Shown in pieces: positions 29,581 through 39,714 of a stretch of DNA of 64,000 nucleotides (its first letter is position 1; every line of letters begins with the position of its first letter). Both the position numbers and the translations under genes were made by a program. The DNA is from Methanobacteriota archaeon (GTDB lineage Archaea; Thermoplasmatota; Poseidoniia; Poseidoniales; Thalassarchaeaceae), in NCBI GenBank assembly GCA_004195715.1, contig PSPX01000006.1, positions 9,524 to 73,523 on the forward strand, read 5' to 3'. The notes under the pieces are model-generated. The model did no database searches. It was given only the letters and a program-made list of their open reading frames with translations, and had not been told where the DNA came from.

Positions 29581-30174
29581 TCACTGACAATTGGAGAATC
29601 GCCGTGAAACCTCAACCCAATCGACAACTTCCCACCATGCATCGATGTATGTTGCTCTGCCTGGGCCGTACTTCTTGTAATACGCATGCTCCCATACATC
29701 GAGTCCGAGTATAGGATTGCAGAATCCGTCCATCAGGGGATTGTCCTGATTGGGGCTCGAACAGACACATAGTCCTCCGTCCTTCACTCCAAGCCAAGCC
29801 CATCCGCTACCGAATCTAGTCATAGCAGCCTTATGGAATATCGACTTGAACTCATCGAATGAGCCAAACGAGGAATCGATAGCAGCAGCGAGGTCCCCGG
29901 ATGGGGCACCGCCGCCGTCGGCGGACATCGCCTCCCAGAACTGGCAATGATTCCACCAACCTCCGCCATTGTTCCTAACAGCCGCGATGTCGTTATGCTT
30001 AGAGAGTAATTCACCAATCGTCTTACCTCCTAGCCCGTTGGCTTCAATTGCAGCGTTCAGATTGTTGGTGTATCCGTTGTGGTGCTTTGAGTAGTGTATT
30101 TCCATTGTCAGCGCATCTATGTGAGGTTCCAATGCGTCGTAGTCGTAAAGCAGATCTGGTAGTTCAAAGGTCAT
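29581..30174 (-). CDS. sod: Fe/Mn superoxide dismutase
   Basis: 'LPDLLYDYDALEPHIDALTMEIHYSKHHNGYTNNLNAA' and 'DVWEHAYY' metal-ligand motifs. Confidence 0.9.
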   Translation of the reverse strand: MTFELPDLLYDYDALEPHIDALTMEIHYSKHHNGYTNNLNAAIEANGLGGKTIGELLSKHNDIAAVRNNGGGWWNHCQFWEAMSADGGGAPSGDLAAAIDSSFGSFDEFKSIFHKAAMTRFGSGWAWLGVKDGGLCVCSSPNQDNPLMDGFCNPILGLDVWEHAYYKKYGPGRATYIDAWWEVVDWVEVSRRFSNCQ

Positions 30175-30271
30175 CTGTCAAACGCAACCAGTAGAATGCT
30201 AAGAACTCTCCCGAATAGTTGGAAGGGGGCTCTGGGGAACCTTGATTGAAGTCCTCGGGCGCAAAGGGTGC

Positions 30272-31246
30272 ATGGGTAGGATTGCTGTAACTGACGGAAT
30301 GGCCGGTGCAGCCGTGTCCATACTAGAGAATGCTGGACACGAAGTGGTACTCAGGCATTACGAAGTCGAAGAATTGCGAACAGGGGTACTAGCGGATTTT
30401 GACGCTGTGGTGATACGCAGCGCAACGAAGATGACTTCAGAGGCAATCGAAGCATCATGCAGTGGAGGTAGACTGGGATTCATCGGAAGAGCCGGGGTAG
30501 GGGTTGACAACATCGACATCATGTCGGCTACTACGAACGGGGTCGTGGTATGCAACACCCCAGGGGCTTCTACAAAGAGCGTAGTGGAGTTGACAATTGG
30601 ACACCTGATAGCATCGACTAGGTTCGTTGCTAGAGCAGACAGGACCCTCAGATCGGGAGACTGGGCCAAGAAGCACCTCAGAGGCAGTGAACTGGGAGGG
30701 AAGCGTCTCGGACTGATTGGATTTGGTAGAATTGCCCGTGGAGTGGCCGAGCTGGCCCATGGATTCGGGATGGAGGTCAACGCATTTGACCCGTACGTCT
30801 CAGCCGAGCAAACAGACGAGCTAGACTGCTTAATGCATGACAATGTGGATAGCCTATTCAGGGCATGTACACACATTTCAGTCCATTGTAACCTCTCCGA
30901 GGACACACACCACCTAGTGAATAGAGAGAGGTTGGCTATGATGCCTGATATAGGAGCTGATGGCACAGCCTGCGGAAGCCACATAGTGAACTGTGCCCGA
31001 GGAGGGATAGTAGACGAGTCCGCAGTTCTTGATGCTCTAGATTCGGAGGTACTTTCAAGCGCTGCCTTGGACGTATTTGAGGTCGAGCCTGCTATTGGGA
31101 ATCTCCTGCTGCAACACGAACGATTTCACGGGAGTCCGCACATTGGAGCTGCTACTCTCGAAGCCCAAAACAGAGTGGGGACTGAGATGGCTGGGCTGTT
31201 AGTAGCGTTTTTTAACGGCGAAAGGCCGAAGTCTGCAATCAACTGA
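30272..31246 (+). CDS. D-isomer-specific 2-hydroxyacid dehydrogenase (phosphoglycerate dehydrogenase-like)
   Basis: NAD-binding 'GLIGFGRIARGVAELAHGFGMEV' and catalytic 'NCARGGIVDE' motifs. Confidence 0.7.
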   Translation: MGRIAVTDGMAGAAVSILENAGHEVVLRHYEVEELRTGVLADFDAVVIRSATKMTSEAIEASCSGGRLGFIGRAGVGVDNIDIMSATTNGVVVCNTPGASTKSVVELTIGHLIASTRFVARADRTLRSGDWAKKHLRGSELGGKRLGLIGFGRIARGVAELAHGFGMEVNAFDPYVSAEQTDELDCLMHDNVDSLFRACTHISVHCNLSEDTHHLVNRERLAMMPDIGADGTACGSHIVNCARGGIVDESAVLDALDSEVLSSAALDVFEVEPAIGNLLLQHERFHGSPHIGAATLEAQNRVGTEMAGLLVAFFNGERPKSAIN

Positions 31247-31250
31247 ATAC

Positions 31251-33731
31251 TCATTCGATACTATGCATGCGCACCAACGAATTCTGTAATGCAGACAGTT
31301 CTTGAGGAATGACTATTCCTGAAATTGGGGATTTCAGTGAAAGACCAGAATCCTTCTTCAACTTCCATACCATCGAATTGAATTCTGAAATTATTGGTGT
31401 TAATGCCCTCAGGGCTTCGGCGTCTTCAACATTGACTATCGCAGGCAGGCGAGGGAAGGAACGTACATCCACAGCGCTGCTGTCATAAAGTGTAGTAGAC
31501 AGATAGTGACTGAAGAACGGACAAATGGGAGATAACGCACTCAATAGGTCCCTGACGACCCTATGCAGCGTCCAAGCAGCCGATTCGTCTCCATCATAGA
31601 GGCCCGACTTCGACATCTCTAACCAGTGACTCGGGAATACCCCAGTCCCGAATCCCTTGAGTGACTGGGCTGCTGTGTATATGTCGATCTTTGACCATGC
31701 ATCTTCTACGCGTGCCATCATGGCATCGAACTCCGACAGAATCCACTGGTTCTCCGGGGACAAATCTACAGGAGGTGTGTCTAAATCATCGGGCACATCG
31801 AACTGGCTGGCGAATCGCGCTACGTTGAACATCTTGGTCAGGACACCGAAATACTTGGATTCAATCTCCTCTGGATTAATGTGGAAGTCGTCACCGACTT
31901 GGGCATCACAGGCCTTCCACAGTCGAAAGCACTCGCTTCCAATCTTATTCGCCCTGAGCTGAACCTGCTTGCCGTCTGGCCCTCTTATCTTCCATGAACC
32001 AGTCCTGCCTCCAGCTCCGCACTCTAGGACAGAGTCAGCATCTATACCATTGCCAAGGGACTTGGACATCTTTCGTCCCCAAGGGTCCATCCCTAAACCG
32101 TCCACCCAAATATTCTGGAATGCTGGCTGGTCGAATAGTAACGCACTCTTTAGCAAAGTGTAGTACAGCCATGTTCTGACTATCTCCTTACCCTGGGGTC
32201 TGATCGAAGTGGGAAACGCTCTTTCGAACAATTCTGGGTCACTGATATAGCCTGAAACATACAAATTCGAGTTTGAAGAATCCATCCAAGTGTCAAACAC
32301 CTTCCCTTCTCCCACCAATTCTCCTAGATCTCCTACCATTGTATCATAAAATCCAATCGATTCACGAGTAACCCTGTCGAGCACCTCTGATCCTGAAGGC
32401 GGGGCTTCACGCCAGGGTTGTACGTATGTGCCATGCGGAGGCACTACTATCTTCAAACCGTCTTCAGAATACCATATTGGCACCTCGGTGTGATACCATC
32501 TGCGTCGGCTAATAGGCCAGTCAATTGAGATGCCATCCATCCAATCATGCAAGAACTGCCGATTCCGCTCGGGTATGAACGAACTCTGGCTTGAGAGTTG
32601 TGATATCCGCTCTAGGATGTGGGTCTGCCTGACGTACCACTCCTTCAAGAGAATAATTTCGACTGGGTTCCCTCCCCGCTCGCTCACTGGAACCTCCTGC
32701 ATATGCATCTCTGCTGCTGATAGGCGGTCGGCCTCACTAAGAAGCTCAATCGAAGCTGCTCTGGCATCCTCTGCGGACATTCCTGAGAGAGGGCCACTGA
32801 TACCAGTCATACGACCCTCTAAATCCACAGCAACAAACGGCCTTAGGCCCAATTCCCGGAACACTGCGACATCGTTCTGATCGCCGAACGAACAGACCAT
32901 CAGAACACCGCTGCCGAAATCCATCTTAACAGAGGGGTGGGTCACAATTTCCACTAATGACTCCCTGTCGGTTACTGGAAGGGGGAGTTGTATGCGCTTA
33001 CCAACCAGATGTTTGTACCTCTCGTCTTCGGGGTTAACTACGACGACCCCGCAGGCGCAAATCAACTCAGGTCGGGTGGTGGATATCACCACATCCTCTC
33101 CGTCTTCTGTAGTCCAACGGACATCGCACAACAGTGTCTCGCGTGTTACCCTCTGAACTTCTGCTTCGGCAATAGTTGTCCCTTCTACCGGGTCGTAAAT
33201 GTTGGGACGAAGGTCTTCAACTATGTCGCCTCGCTTGAACAGGTCCACGAATATGGATTGGGTCACTGCTCGGTAATCGGGGGCGTCTGTTAGATACTCG
33301 TTATCGAAATCACAGGACAAACCCACACGCTTGGCTGTTTCACGCATTGCCTGAGTGTATGGTTCAATGGTCTCAGCACACAGATCAAGGAATTCTCCCC
33401 GATCGTACGACCTCATTTTACGACCAAACTTCTTCTCAACTGTGAATTCGATATTGATTCCATTGCGGTCCACACCCCATGGAAAGCGAACCTCCTTCCC
33501 AAGCAATCGCTGGCTACGAGCAATGACATCTATCATACTGTATTGAGCCACTGCACCAATGTGCCAGGTTCCGCTGGGGTAGGGAGGGGGTGTGTCGATG
33601 ATGAATATCTCTCGCTCGCTCTTCGGATTGAAAGAATAACGTTCAGAGTAAGACTCTCCGTAATGACTCTCCTGAATCCTCTTCTCAAGGTCTATTGACC
33701 ACCTCTTCTCGGGAATTTTTGGTGCACCCAT
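31251..33731 (-). CDS. valS: class I aminoacyl-tRNA synthetase, most likely valyl-tRNA synthetase
   Basis: The 'KMSKSLGNGIDA' KMSKS motif, 'IDTPPPYPSGTWHIGA' at the HIGH position (variant HIGA), and a length of about 826 aa fitting archaeal ValRS. Confidence 0.65.
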   Translation of the reverse strand: MGAPKIPEKRWSIDLEKRIQESHYGESYSERYSFNPKSEREIFIIDTPPPYPSGTWHIGAVAQYSMIDVIARSQRLLGKEVRFPWGVDRNGINIEFTVEKKFGRKMRSYDRGEFLDLCAETIEPYTQAMRETAKRVGLSCDFDNEYLTDAPDYRAVTQSIFVDLFKRGDIVEDLRPNIYDPVEGTTIAEAEVQRVTRETLLCDVRWTTEDGEDVVISTTRPELICACGVVVVNPEDERYKHLVGKRIQLPLPVTDRESLVEIVTHPSVKMDFGSGVLMVCSFGDQNDVAVFRELGLRPFVAVDLEGRMTGISGPLSGMSAEDARAASIELLSEADRLSAAEMHMQEVPVSERGGNPVEIILLKEWYVRQTHILERISQLSSQSSFIPERNRQFLHDWMDGISIDWPISRRRWYHTEVPIWYSEDGLKIVVPPHGTYVQPWREAPPSGSEVLDRVTRESIGFYDTMVGDLGELVGEGKVFDTWMDSSNSNLYVSGYISDPELFERAFPTSIRPQGKEIVRTWLYYTLLKSALLFDQPAFQNIWVDGLGMDPWGRKMSKSLGNGIDADSVLECGAGGRTGSWKIRGPDGKQVQLRANKIGSECFRLWKACDAQVGDDFHINPEEIESKYFGVLTKMFNVARFASQFDVPDDLDTPPVDLSPENQWILSEFDAMMARVEDAWSKIDIYTAAQSLKGFGTGVFPSHWLEMSKSGLYDGDESAAWTLHRVVRDLLSALSPICPFFSHYLSTTLYDSSAVDVRSFPRLPAIVNVEDAEALRALTPIISEFNSMVWKLKKDSGLSLKSPISGIVIPQELSALQNSLVRMHSIE

Positions 33732-33883
33732 AATACAACCTCGGCTATTTCGCAGGCCTCCCTGAGGAACCCCATTCTTGACCATTCCCGCAATCACGGG
33801 TCGGTTCGATATACAGCATCAGTCGGATTACAACTGCGAGGGGTTGAATACCCGCCCTCAAGCAGGTCACTCACGAGAAGTGC

Positions 33884-36868
33884 ATGAGTGCAAGCGACGG
33901 CAAGGGCTTCAGGCCCCGAGAAGCCTTGGAACGAGTTAAGACGGAGGCTGCTTCAAGAGTCACCAAAGGCAAGGAAGCCGCAAGCGGCATGGACGCCGAA
34001 TCTATCAGGGGTGCCGTGAAAAGGACTCCCAATGCGCTGCGACGGGCTCTGTCGGACTCGACTGCGACGGGTATTCTCACCAAGGCCCCTGCATTCACAG
34101 TCGTGTTGTGTCTGCTTGTCACGGGATTCTTCACAATGCACTCTGGAGTTCTAGATTGCCGCGATGGTTTCGAATACGACTTTTGTAGTGAAGAATCTGC
34201 ATTGAACGTGAATGGGGACCTGGCGGTCTACCTGCCCCAAGGTTCCCCAATAACGGCACAGATTGCCGAGGTCGAAAAGGATTGGACCACTAATGTGATG
34301 GTGATCTATGTAGAGTCCGAGGACAATAATGTAACGAAAGTTGAGATATTGAATGAAATTGATGCAGTAGAGGGTCAGTTGAACTACGTTAGGGATGACA
34401 GGGGGATTAATGACAATATCATCTATGTACTATCTATTTCGACTGTAATCAAAGAAGTAAACTCTAGCGCAGGAAGAGTGGCCAAGGCCACTTTCACAGC
34501 ACTTGCACAGGCTACAGGAAACGATGAGTTATCCGAGCAGTTCAACGAGACCATAGACGATCAGGAAGATATTATCGGCAGCTACACGATACCGGATGAA
34601 CAGGAACGCGTAGATCAAATTCTAGGTGAGATGCCCCAGAATGCTCTTGACAAACTAGTCAGGGATGTAGGAAAAGATCTTGACGGGGATGGGGTTTATG
34701 AAATTGAGAAAGCCAACAGGTGGAATAGAGCTGTCATTATCATTGGAATCGAAGCGGACACTGATGGTGACGGAATTGATGATGTTGATATCTCAGAACT
34801 GATTTTTGACACTCAAGAAACAATAGACGGTCTAGCCCGGGAAAACGATTGGGGAAAGAAGAACCTGACCATGACCCTTACCGGACCTGTACCGATAACG
34901 AGTGCTGTGACTGAAGAGTCCTTCAAACTGTTCTGGAAGGTTTTCCCACTGGGTGTAATGGCTGTTGCCCTAGGCCTGTTCCTGTTTCATTGTGACCTCT
35001 TGCAGACAGGGAGGATTAGGTTCGTTCAGGGTCTGAAAGTAGTCATCATTTCAGGACTACCGACATTATGTTCAGTTTGGATTACTCTGGGCATCATAGG
35101 ATTCACCAACTACGAGGTCACCATGACGGTGATTATCGTCGGACCAATCGTACTAGCTCTGGGCGTCTCTTACGGGCTTCACATAACCAACCGATACGCT
35201 GAAGCTAGAGGAACTCCAAGAGAGAAGATGGCGATTGCTCTCAATTCTACAGGGCGCGCTGTTTTCCTTTCCGCTGTCACCACCATTATCGGTTTCATCT
35301 CCCTTACCTTCACACCGATGGCACCAATCAAAACTGTTGGATTCTCCCTTGCGGGGGGCATAGTAGTTGTCTACATCATGACGATGATTATGGTGCCAAA
35401 TCTCACTATGATGCTTGATCTAAAGAAGCCGTCTCATCCTCCGCCCAAGTTGTTCGTCCAGGCGGTGGGTGTACCGATTAAATGGAGCCGCGCAGCCATT
35501 GCAGTGTTCGCTATTGCTATGCTTATGTCTGCAGGAATACCAGGGATTTCTGGGATTGGGGCAAGAGAGAATGTGGAAGAGAATATCGACCTGCTTGAAA
35601 TGGCCCCAACAAAAGGCGCTGATGGAGAACCTGTGAAGGCTGTTCAGAAAATGAAGACTTATTCTGACGAATTTGAAGCTGGCCAACCAGGATTCCTAAT
35701 GATCGAGGGTGATTTGCGTGCCAGCCCCAACCTCTTCGACCCCGTGCTATACGATCCATTCGATAATCTGAAAGGAATTGAGGCCCTAGAACAGAATTGC
35801 AATCGTGTCAATCGGACTACAGCTGTGTCGATTGTGTTCCTGATGAAAGCGGTCGCAGTGGGAGTAAATATCTCAGGACAGCCAATAGTCGACCAGATTG
35901 ACCAACTACCTCTACCTCAAGAAGCGAAAGACCTCGCTGCATTGGTGTTTGGCAGAGAGGTTGCGGGCAACGGCTCTTTCTGGGAGACACTGTCTGCCCT
36001 GGATGGTTCGCCATCAGGCGATGATCAAGCTCACAACTTCCTGATTTATGTGTTCTACAATAGCATGACTGATGAAATGAGGGAATTGTTCATCTCGTCG
36101 AGTTTCAGTCGCAGCCTGATTTACATCGACATGCCCTTCATGGACGTCAAGAACACCGCAGAGGCGGTCGATGGACCGGGTGGGGTCAACTATTGGGTCG
36201 ACAACACCGCTGGCGTGAAGTCATCATACCTAGTCGGGGTAGCCTCTGTGACTATTGAGGTGAACAATCTGATAGTTGACTCTCAGTGGAGGTCACTCGG
36301 ATTCGCTCTGCTATTCACTATTCTTACACTCGGGCTCGTATTCAGAGACCTCAGGTTCGCCCTCCTGACAACGATACCAGTTTTCTTCACCGTAGCGATG
36401 CAATGGCTGGCAATGGACGCGCTTGGTGTCCCTCTTTCTCTTGTTACTGTGATGGTAGGTTCAATACTAGTGGGAGTTGGTATCGATTTCTCGATTCACA
36501 TTGCCAACCGAGTTAAGGAGCAAGGTGGAACTATGGAGGCGGTAAAGGTAGCATGCGCTAGTACTGGGATGAGTCTGTTTGAAGCCACCACCGTCACTGC
36601 AGCTGGGTTGACAAGCGCTTACTATATTCCAATCAAGGCCATACACCCCTTCGTGACTGTCATCATCATCCTTCTAATCGTCGCTGCGCTATCGGCCCTG
36701 CTTCTCCTCCCTGCAATATATGCACTGCTCATCAAGAACAATGTCGGTCTAACAGGAGGTGTCGAGACAATGGTCAAGACAGCGGGATTACGCCGCGCCA
36801 TAGCCAGAGACGAGGCTGATTCTATCGATGCAACGCTACTAATCGGGTCAGCGGATGATGCGTGGTGA
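33884..36868 (+). CDS. RND/MMPL-superfamily membrane transporter (two 6-TM bundles with large extracytoplasmic loops)
   Basis: Two repeated hydrophobic blocks ('FPLGVMAVALGLFLFH...', 'GFALLFTILTLGLVFRDLRF...') with the SSD-like pattern typical of the MMPL/SecDF/RND fold. Confidence 0.6.
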   Translation: MSASDGKGFRPREALERVKTEAASRVTKGKEAASGMDAESIRGAVKRTPNALRRALSDSTATGILTKAPAFTVVLCLLVTGFFTMHSGVLDCRDGFEYDFCSEESALNVNGDLAVYLPQGSPITAQIAEVEKDWTTNVMVIYVESEDNNVTKVEILNEIDAVEGQLNYVRDDRGINDNIIYVLSISTVIKEVNSSAGRVAKATFTALAQATGNDELSEQFNETIDDQEDIIGSYTIPDEQERVDQILGEMPQNALDKLVRDVGKDLDGDGVYEIEKANRWNRAVIIIGIEADTDGDGIDDVDISELIFDTQETIDGLARENDWGKKNLTMTLTGPVPITSAVTEESFKLFWKVFPLGVMAVALGLFLFHCDLLQTGRIRFVQGLKVVIISGLPTLCSVWITLGIIGFTNYEVTMTVIIVGPIVLALGVSYGLHITNRYAEARGTPREKMAIALNSTGRAVFLSAVTTIIGFISLTFTPMAPIKTVGFSLAGGIVVVYIMTMIMVPNLTMMLDLKKPSHPPPKLFVQAVGVPIKWSRAAIAVFAIAMLMSAGIPGISGIGARENVEENIDLLEMAPTKGADGEPVKAVQKMKTYSDEFEAGQPGFLMIEGDLRASPNLFDPVLYDPFDNLKGIEALEQNCNRVNRTTAVSIVFLMKAVAVGVNISGQPIVDQIDQLPLPQEAKDLAALVFGREVAGNGSFWETLSALDGSPSGDDQAHNFLIYVFYNSMTDEMRELFISSSFSRSLIYIDMPFMDVKNTAEAVDGPGGVNYWVDNTAGVKSSYLVGVASVTIEVNNLIVDSQWRSLGFALLFTILTLGLVFRDLRFALLTTIPVFFTVAMQWLAMDALGVPLSLVTVMVGSILVGVGIDFSIHIANRVKEQGGTMEAVKVACASTGMSLFEATTVTAAGLTSAYYIPIKAIHPFVTVIIILLIVAALSALLLLPAIYALLIKNNVGLTGGVETMVKTAGLRRAIARDEADSIDATLLIGSADDAW

Positions 36869-36906
36869 CGCGTCACCTTCATGCACCTGAAGCAACTGCG
36901 AACAGT

Positions 36907-37377
36907 ATGGCGCATTGGCTAATGAAAAGTGAGCCACATGCGTACTCGTGGGAACAACTGGTAGAAGACGGTTCGACCCATTGGGATGGTGTCAGAAACT
37001 ATCAGGCTAGGAACCTGATGAGAGACGATATGTCAGTAGGGGACCTAGTTCTGTTCTACCACTCCAACTGCAAGCCTCCTCATGTCGCCGGAGTTGCGAA
37101 AGTATGCAAAGAAGCGTATCCTGACTTCACAGCTCAGGACCCGTCATCGAAGTACTTCGATCCGAAAGCAACACCTGACAACCCAAGATGGATGATGGTA
37201 GACATTGAGGCTGTGTCGGAACTAGAACCGATTACGTTACCCGAACTCAGGACAAATCCGTTACTGGAAGGTATGCCCCTTCTACGACGAGGACAGAGGC
37301 TGTCAGTACAACCCGTTTCGGAAAGGCATTTCAAAGCAGTTTGTCTGATGGGTGGCCTATCTAAACTACCCGAATAG
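36907..37377 (+). CDS. EVE (PUA-like) domain protein
   Basis: 'MAHWLMKSEPHAYSWEQL...WDGVRNYQARNLMRDDMSVGDLVLFYHSN' matches the EVE/DUF55 family. Confidence 0.6.
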   Translation: MAHWLMKSEPHAYSWEQLVEDGSTHWDGVRNYQARNLMRDDMSVGDLVLFYHSNCKPPHVAGVAKVCKEAYPDFTAQDPSSKYFDPKATPDNPRWMMVDIEAVSELEPITLPELRTNPLLEGMPLLRRGQRLSVQPVSERHFKAVCLMGGLSKLPE

Positions 37378-37690
37378 GTGGGCGCGTCCTCGGTGGACGC
37401 TCGTCACCAAAGGTGTAGGCTCACCGGTCTCCTCCGCCCCGCAATCCCAAGGCATCCAGAGTCCCCGGTCGGGCTGCTCGCTTCCGCGTCTGACCTGGTT
37501 CCCGGGCTTAGATGGGCCCCGCTTCCCTCCGGAAGCGGTTTCCGTCAACCTGGATCTCTTGGGGGCGAGGCATCGACGTTAACCGGTGAAACACCAATGG
37601 CTCGTCTGCGCCGCCCTCGGACTTCGGGTCTCCATTACCGACGATTTGAGAATAATAGAGCACGTCAACTCTCCCCCTAGCCCGACTGTG
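37378..37690 (-). ncRNA. signal recognition particle RNA (7S/SRP RNA)
   Basis: The minus strand contains 'ACCAGGTCAGACGCGGAAGCGAGCAGCC', close to the universally conserved helix-8 motif 'ACCAGGUCAGGUCCGGAAGGAAGCAGCC' (my count is 24/28 identical). The roughly 300-nt region is GC-rich and structured, and carries only overlapping, mutually exclusive ORFs on both strands. The ends are approximate. Confidence 0.55.
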
Positions 37691-37743
37691 GCTAGATATC
37701 GTCCCATATCAACGAATCCCAAGTAGGCTAATACCTCTGAAGA

Positions 37744-38121
37744 CTATTCTGAGTACTTAGACGGGCATCCTGTTTGTATCTCATGGGCCTCAAGCAGCCA
37801 TCCGTTGGAGTTACTTACTAGGTTGCCTTTGACAGCAATTGTGTGGCCCTCTTCAAATCCATCTGGAACTATCACTCTCGAATAATCGACTTGAAGCGAA
37901 TGAGTCTGGCCAACCAACTCGAAGGAAGTTGACGAGGTGTCGACTGATCCTATTACCACCTGCCCCCTCAAATGGATGTCGCCCTTGTGGGAATCAGGAG
38001 ACGACATGACCTCGTCAATGGAATACTGAGTTTGAGGTTCTATACTAAGGAACATCATTGCGATCAAAGCTGCCAAACAGGCGCCGACGATGATCAACCG
38101 GGAAATTCTGGTACCTGCCAT
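37744..38121 (-). CDS. ccmE: cytochrome c-type biogenesis heme chaperone CcmE, archaeal variant with CxxxY instead of HxxxY
   Basis: N-terminal membrane anchor, then 'HLRGQVVIGSVD', 'VDYSRVIVPDGFEEGHTIAVKGNL' and a C-terminal 'GCPSKYSE'. These align with E. coli CcmE 'RLGGLVMPGSV...[23 protein letters not shown]...LAKHDENY'. Confidence 0.7.
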   Translation of the reverse strand: MAGTRISRLIIVGACLAALIAMMFLSIEPQTQYSIDEVMSSPDSHKGDIHLRGQVVIGSVDTSSTSFELVGQTHSLQVDYSRVIVPDGFEEGHTIAVKGNLVSNSNGWLLEAHEIQTGCPSKYSE

Positions 38122-38166
38122 GACATTAGGTCAGGTAGATGATAGATGAGGGTTTTCTATGTCCCT

Positions 38167-39331
38167 TCAAGTGATATCTAGGCCTACGGCTTCCTCGATA
38201 CTGAGGAAACCATTCTCCTTCACCCTCTTCCTGAGTCCCTTAACGATACCACTTACGACAGAGGGTCCGTTGAAGACCAAGGCAGAATACAATTGCAGTA
38301 GGGAAGCTCCCGAGGAGACAGCTTGCCAAGCAGTGTCCACAGAATCAATCCCACCCACCCCTACAATCGGGACAGTCGATTGGGTTTCCTCGTAGAGCAA
38401 ACGTATGACCTCGTTCGAACGTGCCTGCAGAGGTCGTCCAGAGAGCCCTCCACTCTCAGCAAACACACTGCGAGAAGTAGTGTTCCTAGGCACAGGCCGG
38501 TGCAGTGTTGTGTTGGTAGCTACGAAACCGTCAATGCCTTTTCGCAATGCCATCTGAGCAGATGCGATAACCTCGTCGTCGCTATTGTCCGGAGAGAGTT
38601 TTAGCAGCAGGGGTTTTCCTCCCCCTTTCCTGTCTGACATCATCTTGCATTCCGTGAGTATAGAAGCCAGATGATCTACCTCCTGTAGTTCTCTCAAACC
38701 CGGAGTATTTGGGGAGGATACGTTGAGTACAAACATATCTGCGTGGTTCCACAACATCTCCATAGAGCTGGAGTAATCAGACGGGGCGCTCTCGTTGGGC
38801 GTCTTCCTAGAACGGCCGATGTTCGCAGCCACGGGAACCTTTGGCCACATTCCAGAGGCCCTTCTGGCCATCAATCGGTCCCTCACAGCAGCAGCTCCAG
38901 GGTTGTTGAATCCCATTCTATTGACTAGTGCCCTCTCAGAATGGGCTCTGAACATCCTAGGTTTTGGATTTCCTTCTTGGGGGAATCTGGTGATACCACC
39001 ATATTCAATCCAAGAGAATCCCAGAGCAGGCCATGCGCTGAGTGCCTCCGCCCAGCCCGAGGGGGTGGTGGAACAATCTGCCAAATACATGTATGGGGAG
39101 CTCGGGGGCGTGGTAAATTGTGCTGAGGGCTCGTTGACCAGCTCTGCTCTGGCCGAACGTGGTTAGGCCCCTCATTGCTAGACTGTGCGCTTTCTCCGAG
39201 TCAGTAAATCTAAGCAGGGGCCTCGCGAATAGTGAATACGGCAGCCCCATCAACAGAACGCGCGGAACGGTATCCTTCAAGCGTTGCGTTACATCGCCAG
39301 CCCGTGCGCTCAACAATCGAGGCTGCAGCAA
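38167..39331 (-). pseudogene. pyrD: dihydroorotate dehydrogenase (class 2, quinone-dependent) interrupted by a frameshift (N-terminal ORF 39005..39331, C-terminal ORF 38167..39090)
   Basis: The N-terminal fragment carries the class-2 membrane/quinone helix 'LLRFTDSEKAHSLAMRGL...FGRLFHHPLGLGGG'. The C-terminal fragment carries 'GFSWIEYGGITRFPQEGNPKPRMFRA...NRMGFNNPG...'. The two frames overlap around a C/G homopolymer near 39055-39075. Confidence 0.7.
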
Positions 39332-39369
39332 TCAGCGAACTGGCTCGTAGGGCACTTCGATCAGAGGGA

Positions 39370-39714
39370 ATGGTGGTCCACCATCGAAACCCAACCTCCC
39401 TAGGTATAGATGCCTTATCAGTAAATATCGGTGATCTATCGCCCGGGATGCTACTCGGTGTGGTCGGCGAGACATCTGACTCCAAGGGAATAACAATCGA
39501 AATGCTGAATTCTCCAGGAGGGGTTATCGCTGCAGATGAGCCTGTAGATTTCAGAATCGTCTGGATACCAGGGGATTGCTCTTCGATATGGAATCGCTTC
39601 ACAGACACGGTCCTCAGACTGGCCGAAGCTGGCTATCCTGGATGCGTCGGATGCGCAGGACCAGCGGCTGAAGGGCCTTGGGACGAAGAAGCATCTAGGC
39701 TACGATTGAGGTAG
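39370..39714 (+). CDS. hypothetical protein (114 aa from the internal Met)
   Basis: An open frame with reasonable composition, convergent/overlapping with the pyrD N-terminal fragment if the longer start at 39232 were used. No motif was recognised. Confidence 0.3.
   Translation: MVVHHRNPTSLGIDALSVNIGDLSPGMLLGVVGETSDSKGITIEMLNSPGGVIAADEPVDFRIVWIPGDCSSIWNRFTDTVLRLAEAGYPGCVGCAGPAAEGPWDEEASRLRLR

Noticed and set aside
37352-37680. Three ORFs of 60-100 aa on both strands (37352..37582 +, 37366..37548 -, 37378..37680 +).
   Set aside because: They lie entirely inside the GC-rich SRP RNA gene and overlap one another. They are Arg/Pro/Gly-rich shadow frames.
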